IMG/VR virus record: IMGVR_UViG_3300028886_000028 | Coordinates: 192,001 to 256,000 of that record | Reading direction: 5' to 3' (one strand) | Source: a virus | Lineage: Duplodnaviria > Caudoviricetes | Length of the DNA stretch: 64,000 nt | Shown here: piece after piece, positions 10,373-19,968 of the stretch | Layout of the letters: each line of letters opens with the position of its first letter | Position numbering within the stretch: the stretch's first letter is position 1 | Position numbers and translations under genes: made by a program | The notes under the pieces: model-generated | Databases searched by the model: none | What the model was told of the DNA's origin: nothing | Seen by the model: only the letters and a program-made list of their open reading frames with translations

Positions 10373-12391
10373 ATGGCTTGGAAAATAGATGATACAAAAT
10401 CTAGTGGTGTTATATCTAATGTACACCCTAATAGCGGTATAATAACATATAAAAAATATGGGTTTAAAACAGAAGCAAGCTGTTGTAATCCAGATACTAG
10501 TGGCCATACGGTTGTAAGTTTAGAGCGCGGTGAAGGATTTGATGACTTTACTAATGTTAGAGAAACCATCACATATTCATATGATATTGGGCCATGTAAC
10601 AAAGATGGATTTGTTACATGGTTTAATAATTCAGGCAATACATTTGAAGTTTTAAACAATAACAATGGCTTTGATGAAAAGGATGTTGATGAGGGTAAAC
10701 TTGTTATTAAAGGTGCGCCTATAATGGCAGGTTCTGGTCAAAATCAATATTTTGATGATGAGAGGTATGAAGATTCTGGCTTCCCAAATATTATTGAGTA
10801 TCCTTATGCGTTAAGTGCTACAAGTGCTACTTGTAACCCCCCAAATTCAGGTTGTAGTAAATATTATAGTACTAGAAAATGGAGAAATGTTTCTAGTGAT
10901 GCTTTCCATAAGATAAAATATCACACAAGTGAATCAACCAGTGGCACGATAAGAACTAATACAATTACAAATAATCAGGATTTGTTGGAATTATATTTTC
11001 CGCATTTATATGATAATAAAATTAGTTCTATTAATAACAACCACATTGTTTATTCAGAATTTGAAGGTTCTAATATTCATGTAATTGAAGATGCCGCATT
11101 TGAGAATAATACTAATTTAACCGCAATTACATTTAGTGCGGTTAGAGAAATTGGTAATAGTGCATTCACCAATTGCCACAGTCTTGTTGACATAGATTGG
11201 GGACACTGCGCATGTAATAATGAGTTTGAATATCCTCTTAATTGTAGTGATGACCATAATTATGATAATAATGGCGAAGCTGTAGATATAACATCAAAAC
11301 GCACATGGAGGGAAAGGAAAATAGGAGATTATGCTTTCTATAATTGTTATAGTCTTCCGGAATTACATTTAGATAGGCTTAAATGCTTAACAGAATTGGG
11401 AGCATATTCATTTTATGATTGTCATTCTTTAAAGGTTTTAACATTTCCGACTAATAGTGGTTTTAAAACCATTAATCCTTATACTTTCTGGAATTGTTAT
11501 TCTCTTTCAGGAGCAGTGAGTTTCCCTGACAATATTGAAAAGATTGACAGTTATGCTTTTGAAAATGGATATAGCCTTAGTGGTATAAATGTAGAACATA
11601 TATCAAGGTTTGGAGAAGGAGCATTTAAGAATTGTAGTGGGGCTTCGTGGGTTAAATTATCTAATAGTTGGTCTGCTATTTCTGAAAGTTGTTTTGAAAA
11701 TTGTACTTCATTGTCAGGAGTTACATTGAGCGGTTTTTATACTGCTTCTACTAGTTACAGTGGAAATACTGTTGGAAGAAGGGCATTCGCCAATTGTACT
11801 AATCTTGCGAAAGTAAACCTTGGAGTTCGCACTAAAAACATAGAAGAAGAGGCGTTTATTAATTGCACTAATTTAAAAGTCTTTGCTGTAAGTGGCTCTA
11901 GTACTGTAATAGGAGAAAGTGCGTTTGAAAACTGTACAAGCCTTAGTTCTGTAACAAATGCTGGATATATTAAAATAGTTTCAGGAAAATCTTTTTATAA
12001 TACAGATATACATACGTTAAGTATGTCTGATGTTGAAGATATAGGAAATGAAGCATTTGAGAAGTCATCATCTTTATCAAGTGTAACTATTGGTAATAAA
12101 ATAAAAGCAATAGGTGACGAAGCATTTAAAGATTCTAGAAATTTAAAAACAGTTAAAATTGGAACAGGAATAACTTCAATTGGAACTGAAGCGTTTATGG
12201 ATTGCCCTGTTTTAAGCAGCGTTACTATTAGTAGAAATATTTCTACCACCACACCTGTTCCTTCTTTGGGTGCTGATGCTTTTAAAAATAGTACCAATAA
12301 TTTAACAATATGGGTTCCAAGAACTTATGTAAATAATTATAAAAGTAGTTGGCCTGAGTACGAAAATAACATTAGTGGAACAACAACTTAA
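10373..12391 (+). CDS. BspA-type (LRR_5) leucine-rich repeat protein
   Basis: IGxxAFxNCxxL repeats; C-cap VPSLGADAF...IWVP...YKSSW. Confidence 0.85.
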   Translation: MAWKIDDTKSSGVISNVHPNSGIITYKKYGFKTEASCCNPDTSGHTVVSLERGEGFDDFTNVRETITYSYDIGPCNKDGFVTWFNNSGNTFEVLNNNNGFDEKDVDEGKLVIKGAPIMAGSGQNQYFDDERYEDSGFPNIIEYPYALSATSATCNPPNSGCSKYYSTRKWRNVSSDAFHKIKYHTSESTSGTIRTNTITNNQDLLELYFPHLYDNKISSINNNHIVYSEFEGSNIHVIEDAAFENNTNLTAITFSAVREIGNSAFTNCHSLVDIDWGHCACNNEFEYPLNCSDDHNYDNNGEAVDITSKRTWRERKIGDYAFYNCYSLPELHLDRLKCLTELGAYSFYDCHSLKVLTFPTNSGFKTINPYTFWNCYSLSGAVSFPDNIEKIDSYAFENGYSLSGINVEHISRFGEGAFKNCSGASWVKLSNSWSAISESCFENCTSLSGVTLSGFYTASTSYSGNTVGRRAFANCTNLAKVNLGVRTKNIEEEAFINCTNLKVFAVSGSSTVIGESAFENCTSLSSVTNAGYIKIVSGKSFYNTDIHTLSMSDVEDIGNEAFEKSSSLSSVTIGNKIKAIGDEAFKDSRNLKTVKIGTGITSIGTEAFMDCPVLSSVTISRNISTTTPVPSLGADAFKNSTNNLTIWVPRTYVNNYKSSWPEYENNISGTTT

Positions 12392-12416
12392 TATAAATCT
12401 TCTAATTTTTTAAAAA

Positions 12417-12677
12417 ATGGGAACTTGGTCAATACAGCCTAGCCATAGCGTGATAAATAAAAATAATGGCACTTTTATTTTTCCAAAAAATGTTAGCGAA
12501 GATAATGTAAATTATCGTATACAATATGAAAATAACGGAATAACATCAAATTATATAGCATATACTTTAAAAAAATGTGATTGCCCCGATTATACAATAA
12601 AATCTGTTATTGATGGACAAGTGATTTCTAAAATTCCTTATGAAGGAACAACAGTTAAGTTTGTGGCTGAAAAATAA
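12417..12677 (+). CDS. Hypothetical protein
   Basis: 86-aa ORF co-oriented in the operon, A-rich translation start. Confidence 0.55.
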   Translation: MGTWSIQPSHSVINKNNGTFIFPKNVSEDNVNYRIQYENNGITSNYIAYTLKKCDCPDYTIKSVIDGQVISKIPYEGTTVKFVAEK

Positions 12678-12721
12678 AAGCGTTTTTTTTACGTAAAATC
12701 ATAATTATGATAGGTTTCTAA

Positions 12722-12730
12722 ATATTTATA
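12722..12730 (+). promoter_or_regulatory. Putative late promoter ATATTTATA
   Basis: Recurrent motif, 53 nt upstream of ATG 12784. Confidence 0.6.
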
Positions 12731-12783
12731 AGTAATTGAAGCATTAAAAATTCATAATAATATAAATAATATAGATATAAGAT

Positions 12784-14154
12784 ATGGCTTTTAAAAGAAA
12801 AACTAGATTGTATGAGCCTTGGGGTTATAGGGAAGAAAATGACTATCAAAGTACCGAGTCTATACATAGGGATGATTTAGAAAAGTTTTTTGTCGATACA
12901 TCTTATAGTAGGGATGATAATAAAATTTACTTTACCAACCTAGACGAAAAAATAGTAGCATCTATTGATGTTTCTGAATTTATCAAATCAGATTCTATTA
13001 TAGAAAAGACAGAGTACAATGATGGCATTTTAACTATAACTTTTACAAATGGTGATGTTATTACAATAGACCTTACTGAACTTCTTGATGAAAATGAGTT
13101 TAAAGATGGGCTTGTTGTAGATGGCCACGTTGTTAAAGTACTTATTGACCCTGAGTCAGAGCCTTACATTAGCGTAAGTGAAAATGGAGTTAAAGTTTCT
13201 GGCATAGATGCAGCAATAAAAGTTGAAACTGACCGTGCTGAAGCTGAAGAACAAAGGATTGAAGAAAAACTTGACGAAGAAATTGCTAGAGCTAAAGCAG
13301 AAGAAGAAAGGATTGACGACAAACTTGATGAAGAAATTGCTAGAGCTAAAGCAGAAGAAGAAAGAATTGACGACAAACTTGATGAAGAAATTGTTCGTGC
13401 AACAAGGACGGAACAGGGCTTAAATCATAGAATTGACCTTGTAAATGATGAACTTGATAGTGAAGAATCACGCGCATTAGCAACAGAACAAGAACTTAGA
13501 AACCTTATCAATGGTGAATCTTCAGAAAGGGAAGCAGCTGATGCGGAATTGCAAAGAGCAATCAATAATTTAGTAAGCACTAAATTCGATGACGCAAATT
13601 ATGATGACTCTGCTAAAGCCATAAATTTTTATGCTGATGGTAATGTAGTAGCTTCAATTGATGCAACTCCGTTCTTAACAGGCGGAATGATTGAGGAGGC
13701 TTATTTTGACCCTGATACAAGAGAACTTGTTATAGTATGGAATACTTCATCAGGACAACAGGAAACAAGAATCCCTTTGTCAGACATTTTTAATCCTGAT
13801 GATTATTATACAAAAAATGAAGTTGATGAACTTTTAGAAAATGCCAATTCTGCTATTACAGAAGTTGAATCAACATTAGAAGAAAAAATAGCGCGATTAA
13901 GAGAATCACTTAATAGCGAAATAACAAGAGCAGAAAACGCAGAAACTACTCTTGAAGAAAAAATTGCGTTGCTAAGAGAATCACTAAATGGAGAAATAGA
14001 AAGAGCAACAGCAAAAGAAGAAGAATTAGAAGGAGCTGATGTTGCTAGTGGATTTGTTGATGAAAACGCTACAATTTCAGTAACCAAAAATAATGGAAGT
14101 GTAATTACATTTTCTTCAGCAGAGCAAATTAGTCTTGAAGCTGGAGAGTTCTAA
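12784..14154 (+). CDS. Coiled-coil tail fibre/whisker-like protein
   Basis: E..RA..AE coiled-coil repeats; IDAT.F..GGMI...LVIVWNT...YYTK domain shared with next two genes; ends LEAGEF. Confidence 0.7.
   Translation: MAFKRKTRLYEPWGYREENDYQSTESIHRDDLEKFFVDTSYSRDDNKIYFTNLDEKIVASIDVSEFIKSDSIIEKTEYNDGILTITFTNGDVITIDLTELLDENEFKDGLVVDGHVVKVLIDPESEPYISVSENGVKVSGIDAAIKVETDRAEAEEQRIEEKLDEEIARAKAEEERIDDKLDEEIARAKAEEERIDDKLDEEIVRATRTEQGLNHRIDLVNDELDSEESRALATEQELRNLINGESSEREAADAELQRAINNLVSTKFDDANYDDSAKAINFYADGNVVASIDATPFLTGGMIEEAYFDPDTRELVIVWNTSSGQQETRIPLSDIFNPDDYYTKNEVDELLENANSAITEVESTLEEKIARLRESLNSEITRAENAETTLEEKIALLRESLNGEIERATAKEEELEGADVASGFVDENATISVTKNNGSVITFSSAEQISLEAGEF
13255..13393 (+). repeat. 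54-bp intragenic tandem repeat (~2.6 copies; RI(E/D)(E/D)KLDEEIARAKAEEE)
   Basis: Near-identical units begin at 13255, 13309 and 13363. Confidence 0.85.
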
Positions 14155-14186
14155 AGAAAATAAATTATTAATATTTAAAAACTAAT

Positions 14187-15479
14187 ATGGCAAATTTTAG
14201 GTATTCACATTTATTTACCACTAAGATTGGTAATGAAGCGATTCAAGCAGCTGCTGCAAAGTTAAACGCTGCTGAAATAGCACTTGCTATTGCTGATGGA
14301 GAAGAGAAGATTCTTTTCAAGAATGAGAGTGGTGATGTAGTTTCTGTTGCTACTGAGGAACAAATTTCAACATTACTTTCAAGTGTAACTCAATCAATTA
14401 CTAATGAGGTAGCAAGAGCAATATCTGCTGAGACCGAACTTGGAAACTTGATTGAAGCTGTTGATGACAAGGTAGACCAGGAGATTGCTGATAGAGCTGC
14501 TGATGTTGATGCAGAAGAGGCTCGTGCAATATCTGCTGAAACAGAATTGCAAACTGCAATTGAGGATGAAGTAACTCGTGCGACAGGTGCAGAGGAAGCA
14601 CTTAGCGACAGAATAAGCGCAATTGAGAGTGGTTCTACTCAAGCACTTGAAGATGAAATTGCTAGAGCAGAAGCTGCTGAAGAAGCACTTGATGCAAAGA
14701 TTGATGCTGAAAAGCAAAGAGCATTGAGCGCAGAGACAGACATTCTTGATGTGATTGAAGATGAGATTACAAATCGTAAAGCAAATGCTGTAGCTAGCGT
14801 TGATTATGATGAGAGTGGAAAGACTATCGACTTCTACAATGCTAACAATGTAAAGATTGACTCTATTGACGCAACTGCATTCATCAAGGATGGTATGATT
14901 GACAGTGTTACACTTGAGACAACTGGTGACACAACTTATCTTGTAATCGTTTGGAATACAGACGCCGGTAAGGAAACCACTAATATTGACCTTGGTGACT
15001 TGTTCGATGCTGACAATTACTACACAAAGGCTGAAACTGATGACCTTCTTGCAAATAAAACCGATTATGTAGTTAATGGCACTAACGGTAGAGCACTTAT
15101 GTTCAATGAAACTGATGGCGGTGGCGCTAAATTTGAACATAACGATGGTACTTGGTCTTTCGCCGGCGTAAATGATGGCGGTAAGAATGGCCTTGCTGGA
15201 CAGATTTATGCAATTGACCATAATAATGGTAATAAAGGCGTTAAACTTGATGTTACTGTAGGCGGCTTATACTACACTAAAGGTGATGAGAGCGGAAAAG
15301 CAGTTGCAGAAAGAGACGTTGAAGCTAATGAAGTTGCAACTAAAGGTAATGTTGCAGGCACAAAAGTTGCAGCAGTAAATGTTGGCTCAGATGCAGGTAT
15401 CACACTTACACTTGGAGACGGTACTGAAATCGTTGCAACTGAAGCAGAAGAAATTACACTTTCAGCTGGAGAATTTTAA
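14187..15479 (+). CDS. Coiled-coil tail fibre-like protein
   Basis: N-terminal EIALAIADGEEKILFKN variant of docking motif; E..RA..AE repeats; FIKDGMIDSV domain; ends LSAGEF. Confidence 0.7.
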   Translation: MANFRYSHLFTTKIGNEAIQAAAAKLNAAEIALAIADGEEKILFKNESGDVVSVATEEQISTLLSSVTQSITNEVARAISAETELGNLIEAVDDKVDQEIADRAADVDAEEARAISAETELQTAIEDEVTRATGAEEALSDRISAIESGSTQALEDEIARAEAAEEALDAKIDAEKQRALSAETDILDVIEDEITNRKANAVASVDYDESGKTIDFYNANNVKIDSIDATAFIKDGMIDSVTLETTGDTTYLVIVWNTDAGKETTNIDLGDLFDADNYYTKAETDDLLANKTDYVVNGTNGRALMFNETDGGGAKFEHNDGTWSFAGVNDGGKNGLAGQIYAIDHNNGNKGVKLDVTVGGLYYTKGDESGKAVAERDVEANEVATKGNVAGTKVAAVNVGSDAGITLTLGDGTEIVATEAEEITLSAGEF

Positions 15480-15505
15480 TTTAATATAAAAAAATAAAAT
15501 TTCAT

Positions 15506-15543
15506 AAAGGTGGTGGATGAAAAATTACCACCACCTTTTTTTT
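15506..15543 (+). terminator. Intrinsic terminator
   Basis: AAAGGTGGTGG/CCACCACCTTT stem plus T run. Confidence 0.8.
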
Positions 15544-15574
15544 AAAAATAATAATAGAATTTATATTCAAAATT

Positions 15575-18500
15575 ATGGCAAAATTTAGGTATCAACACAT
15601 TAAAAGTAGTGTAGAAGGCAAAGCACCAAGTTCAGAGAAAATAAAGGTTGGTGAAATAGCAGTAAATGACTTTGCCGGTGATGAGAAACTTTTTATTAAA
15701 AATAGCGAAGGGACTGTAGTAGATTTTCCACGCGGGTATTCAAGGGATGATATTGATGGAATTGAGAGAATTTTATCAGAATCATTAAATGACTTAAATA
15801 GCAGAAAACTAGATGCTAGCGCATATACTCCAACAGACCTTTCAAATTATTACACAAAGGATGAAACAAGTGGAGCAAGTGAGATTAACAGCGCCTTAAA
15901 CGAAATTGATGGCTCGTTTGACGAAATCAGTGATTTAATTGAAGCTCTTGACGAAAAGAAATTAGATGCTAGTGCTTATACGGAAACAGATTTAACTGAT
16001 TATTACAAAAAAGAAGAAACCAGTGGCGCAAGCGAAATACAAAGTGCATTAGATGGAATTGATGACTTAATTGAAGCACTTGACGAAAAGAAACTTGATG
16101 CTAGCGCATATACTCCGGTTGATTTATCTCTTTATTATACAAAAGATGAGATTGATGATTCAGGTACAGTAATCGCAGAGTCGTTAAATGACCTTAATAG
16201 TAGGAAACTTGACGCTAGCGCATATACTCCAACAGATTTAAGTAATTATTATACAAAGTCAGAGACTAGTGGAGCAAGTGAAATATCTACGGCTTTGTCA
16301 GACTATTACACAAAATCGGAAGTATATGCCAAATCTGAAGTTGATGATATTGTAGAAAGTATTGATGTAACAGACCAATTAAGCGGCTTCGCTGATTCTG
16401 TTATATATAACAGTACGACTAAATACGTAGAATTTTATCACGGAACAACAGCTGGTACAAAGGTATTTGAATTTGATGCAACTGATTTTATTAAAGACGG
16501 AATGATTGATTCCGTTAGTGTTGAAACAAGTGGTGATACATCTGTTCTTGTTATAACATGGAATACTGATGCAGGTAAGGAAGAAACCATTCTTAATATT
16601 GGTGACATTTTTGAAGCAGATAATTATTATACTAAGTCAGAAACAAGTGGTACAACTGAAATTCAAAATGCATTAGATGAAAAGGCTGATAAGGATGATT
16701 TAACACCAATTTATGAGGCTATTGAAGATTTAAGTGGGCAGAATGAAACCATTGCGGCTGCATTGGTAGATTTGGATAGCCAAAGCGAAACTGTTGCAGC
16801 AGCACTTGTTGATTTGGACAGCCAGCACGAAACAATAGCAGCAGCGCTTGTTGATTTAAATGATAGGAAACTTGACGCTACAGCTTATACTCCAGTTAAT
16901 TTATCTAACTACTATACAAAGTCAGAAACAAGTGGAGCAAGTGAAATTTCTACAGCTTTGTCAGGATATTACACAAAATCAGAAGTGTATACCAAATCTG
17001 AAGTTGATAATATTGTAGATAGTATTGACGTGTCTGGCCAATTAAGTGGTTATCTTACCACAAGCGCATTTACATCTTATAGCGCAAACGTAGATAACGA
17101 ATTAGATAGCATATTAGACGATATTAATGACACTATAGAAGCACTCGACGAAAAGAAATTAGATGCTAGCGCATATACTCCAACAGACCTTTCAAATTAT
17201 TACACTAAAGACGAAATTGATGATTCAGGTACAGTAATTGCAGAGTCGTTAAATGACCTTAATAGTAGGAAACTTGATGCAAGTGCGTATACTCCAACTG
17301 ATTTAAGTAATTACTACACAAAATCAGAAACAAGTGGAGCAAGTGAAATAGCTACAGCATTATCAGGTTATTACACAAAGTCAGAAACAAGTGGTGCAAC
17401 TGAAATTGCTAATGCATTATCAGGTTATTACACAAAGTCAGAAACAAGTGGAGCAAGTGAAATAGCTACAGCATTATCAGGTTATTACACAAAGTCAGAA
17501 ACAAGCGGCGCTACTGAAATTCAAAATGCACTAGATGAAATTAGTAATTCATTAAGTGGTGTTGATGATTCAATTGAAGAACTTGATGAGAAAAAACTTG
17601 ATGCAAGTGCGTACACCCCAATTGATTTAAGTAAGTATTATGAAAAAGAGTATATTGATGAAATTGAAGAAATTACTTCAGAATCATTAAATGATTTGAA
17701 TAGTAGGAAACTTGACGCTAGCGCATACACCCCAATAGATTTATCTGACTATTACACAAAATCTGAAGTGGATAATATAGCAGAAAGTATTGATGTATCT
17801 GACCAACTAAGCGGTTATGCTGATTCTGTCATATACAATAGTACAAGTAAATATGTCGAATTCTATCATGGAACAACAGCAGGAACAAAAGTATTTGAAT
17901 TCGATGCTGAACCATTTATCATTGATGGAATGGTAGAAGATGTTGCAATTGAAGATGTAGTGAGTGGAGCAAGCACTGTTAAATGCCTTGTAGTAAGTTT
18001 CAACACGGAAGCAGGAAAACAAGATATAACCATTCCTGTTGCTGATATATTTGATTCAAGTTCATATTACACAAAGGGAGAGATTGATGATGTTGAAAGA
18101 GTTATTTCAGAATCATTAAATGACCTAAATCTTAGAAAACTCGATGTTAGTGCATATACTCCAACTGATTTGTCTAATTATTATAACAAGACAGAAATTG
18201 ATGGAATTATAGAAAATATTGATGTATCTGACCAGTTAAGCGGTTATGTTATGACAAGCACATTCACTTCTTATAGCGCAAGCGTAGATAGTGAATTAGA
18301 TGCAATTGGTGATTTAATTGAGGCTCTTGATGAAAATAAGTTGGATGCTAGCGCATATACTCCAACTGATTTAAGTAATTACTACACAAAATCAGAAACA
18401 AGTGGTGCTACTGAAATTGAAAATGCATTAAACGATATTGTTAGTAGTTTAACAATTACTGTTGATACTGCAATAGATGAAAATTCTAGTAACCCAATTG

Positions 18501-19603
18501 CAAATAGCGCAATTACTACTGTTATATTCAATAATGAAAGAATAGTGGCAGAATCATTAAATGACCTTAATGAAAGAAAACTTGATGCTAGTGCATATAG
18601 TGAAACTGATTTGTCTAATTATTATACAAAAGATGAAACCAGTGGTGCAACTGAAATTTCAACCGCTTTGTCAGGATATTACACGAAAGGTGAAACAAGC
18701 GGAGCAAGTGAAATATCTTCTGCTTTATTAGAGTATTATACAAAGTCAGAAACAAGTGGCGCTACTGAATTGGAAGCAGCATTAAGTGGAAAAGTTGATA
18801 CAAATGATATTGCTGATTTCTTCGATAATGCCGTTTATGAGTTAAGTGGAACAACACATGTTATTAATTTCTATAATGGTAACACAATTAAAGCCACCAT
18901 TGATGCAACTGATTTCATCAAAGACGGAATGATTGATTCCGTTAGAGTTGAAACAAGTGGCGATACATCTGTTCTTGTTATAACATGGAATACTGATGCT
19001 GGCAAATCACAAACTATCCTTAACGTTGGCGACATCTTTGAGTCTGATAACTATTATACAAAGGATGAAACAAGTGGCGCAACTGAAATAACAGAAGCAT
19101 TAAGTGAAATTGACGATTTAATTGAGGCTCTTGATGAAAATAAGTTGGATGCTAGCGCATATACTCCAACTGATTTAAGCAATTACTATACAAAGTCAGA
19201 AACAAGTGGCGCTACTGAAATTGAAGACGCACTAAACGATATTGTTAGTAGTTTAACAATTACTGTTGATACTGCAATAGATGAAAATTCTAATAACCCA
19301 ATTGCAAATAGTGCAATTACTGCTGTTATATTAGATAATGAAAGAATAGTGGCAAAATCATTAAATGACCTTAATAGTAGGAAACTTGATGTTAGTGCAT
19401 ATTCAGAAACTGATTTATCTGATTATTATACAAAATCAGAAACAAGTGGTGCTACTGAAATTTCAACCGCAATATCAGACATGGCAACAAAGAGTGCAGA
19501 CCTTGATAATATAATGCTAAAGAAAATAACTCAAAGTGATTATGATGACCTTGTTTCAGGCGGAACAGTTAATCTTAACACGCTTTATATTATAATTGAT
19601 TAA
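15575..19603 (+). CDS. Long repetitive tail fibre (YYTK repeats)
   Basis: GEIAVN docking motif; many KLDASAYTPTDLSNYYTKSETSGASEI units; three DGM(I/V) domains; C-terminal ITQSDYDDL...NTLYII motif. Confidence 0.75.
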   Translation: MAKFRYQHIKSSVEGKAPSSEKIKVGEIAVNDFAGDEKLFIKNSEGTVVDFPRGYSRDDIDGIERILSESLNDLNSRKLDASAYTPTDLSNYYTKDETSGASEINSALNEIDGSFDEISDLIEALDEKKLDASAYTETDLTDYYKKEETSGASEIQSALDGIDDLIEALDEKKLDASAYTPVDLSLYYTKDEIDDSGTVIAESLNDLNSRKLDASAYTPTDLSNYYTKSETSGASEISTALSDYYTKSEVYAKSEVDDIVESIDVTDQLSGFADSVIYNSTTKYVEFYHGTTAGTKVFEFDATDFIKDGMIDSVSVETSGDTSVLVITWNTDAGKEETILNIGDIFEADNYYTKSETSGTTEIQNALDEKADKDDLTPIYEAIEDLSGQNETIAAALVDLDSQSETVAAALVDLDSQHETIAAALVDLNDRKLDATAYTPVNLSNYYTKSETSGASEISTALSGYYTKSEVYTKSEVDNIVDSIDVSGQLSGYLTTSAFTSYSANVDNELDSILDDINDTIEALDEKKLDASAYTPTDLSNYYTKDEIDDSGTVIAESLNDLNSRKLDASAYTPTDLSNYYTKSETSGASEIATALSGYYTKSETSGATEIANALSGYYTKSETSGASEIATALSGYYTKSETSGATEIQNALDEISNSLSGVDDSIEELDEKKLDASAYTPIDLSKYYEKEYIDEIEEITSESLNDLNSRKLDASAYTPIDLSDYYTKSEVDNIAESIDVSDQLSGYADSVIYNSTSKYVEFYHGTTAGTKVFEFDAEPFIIDGMVEDVAIEDVVSGASTVKCLVVSFNTEAGKQDITIPVADIFDSSSYYTKGEIDDVERVISESLNDLNLRKLDVSAYTPTDLSNYYNKTEIDGIIENIDVSDQLSGYVMTSTFTSYSASVDSELDAIGDLIEALDENKLDASAYTPTDLSNYYTKSETSGATEIENALNDIVSSLTITVDTAIDENSSNPIANSAITTVIFNNERIVAESLNDLNERKLDASAYSETDLSNYYTKDETSGATEISTALSGYYTKGETSGASEISSALLEYYTKSETSGATELEAALSGKVDTNDIADFFDNAVYELSGTTHVINFYNGNTIKATIDATDFIKDGMIDSVRVETSGDTSVLVITWNTDAGKSQTILNVGDIFESDNYYTKDETSGATEITEALSEIDDLIEALDENKLDASAYTPTDLSNYYTKSETSGATEIEDALNDIVSSLTITVDTAIDENSNNPIANSAITAVILDNERIVAKSLNDLNSRKLDVSAYSETDLSDYYTKSETSGATEISTAISDMATKSADLDNIMLKKITQSDYDDLVSGGTVNLNTLYIIID
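17311..17525 (+). repeat. 54-bp tandem repeat (~4 copies; YYTKSETSGA(S/T)EIA(T/N)ALSG)
   Basis: gcattatcaggttattacacaaagtcagaaacaag repeated at 54-nt period. Confidence 0.8.
18311..19469 (+). repeat. ~350-bp intragenic direct repeat (copies at ~18311-18665 and ~19115-19469)
   Basis: Both copies start gatttaattgaggctcttgatgaaaataagttggatgctagcgc and encode DLIEALDENK...LTITVDTAIDENS. Confidence 0.8.
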
Positions 19604-19608
19604 TACAT

Positions 19609-19737
19609 ATGGAAACAAATAAGTTATTTTTAAACGGAACAAACATTGGGAGTGTCAAACTTGGCACTTCCGATGTTAAGATTTATCTTGGAACAAAACT
19701 TATATATCCATTAGAGAGTGAACAATCAACTGAGTAG
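19609..19737 (+). CDS. 42-aa fibre-tip adaptor-like peptide
   Basis: METNKLFLNGTNIGSVKLGTSDVKIYLGTKLIYPLESEQSTE; starts 5 nt after fibre stop; below ORF-track cutoff. Confidence 0.65.
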   Translation: METNKLFLNGTNIGSVKLGTSDVKIYLGTKLIYPLESEQSTE

Positions 19738-19751
19738 TAGCATAATGATAT

Positions 19752-19928
19752 ATGAGCGATAATGTTATTAATTGGGAACAAGTAAGGATAGATGCATCCA
19801 TTAATATAATGAATGCAATATTATCTAATAGTATCATGGTATTTATTCTTCAATTTTTATTTAAAAAACAAATATCAGACATCGCTGTAAAATATGCTGA
19901 TAAATTGATTGAAGAATTAAAGAAATAA
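19752..19928 (+). CDS. 58-aa hypothetical protein (WEQ.R...AV.YAD.LI.ELKK type)
   Basis: MSDNVINWEQVRIDASINIMNAILSN...AVKYADKLIEELKK resembles a small family common in Bacteroidota phages. Confidence 0.65.
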   Translation: MSDNVINWEQVRIDASINIMNAILSNSIMVFILQFLFKKQISDIAVKYADKLIEELKK

Positions 19929-19938
19929 CATTAATCAA

Positions 19939-19947
19939 ATATTTATA
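19939..19947 (+). promoter_or_regulatory. Putative late promoter ATATTTATA
   Basis: Recurrent motif, 21 nt upstream of ATG 19969. Confidence 0.6.
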
Positions 19948-19968
19948 TATAAAAAACAATTAATTATT

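Noticed and set aside
12761-12768. Canonical T4 late box TATAAATA (also at 40968)
   Set aside because: Present at only two of the relevant starts, whereas ATATTTAT is present at all; likely AT-rich background.
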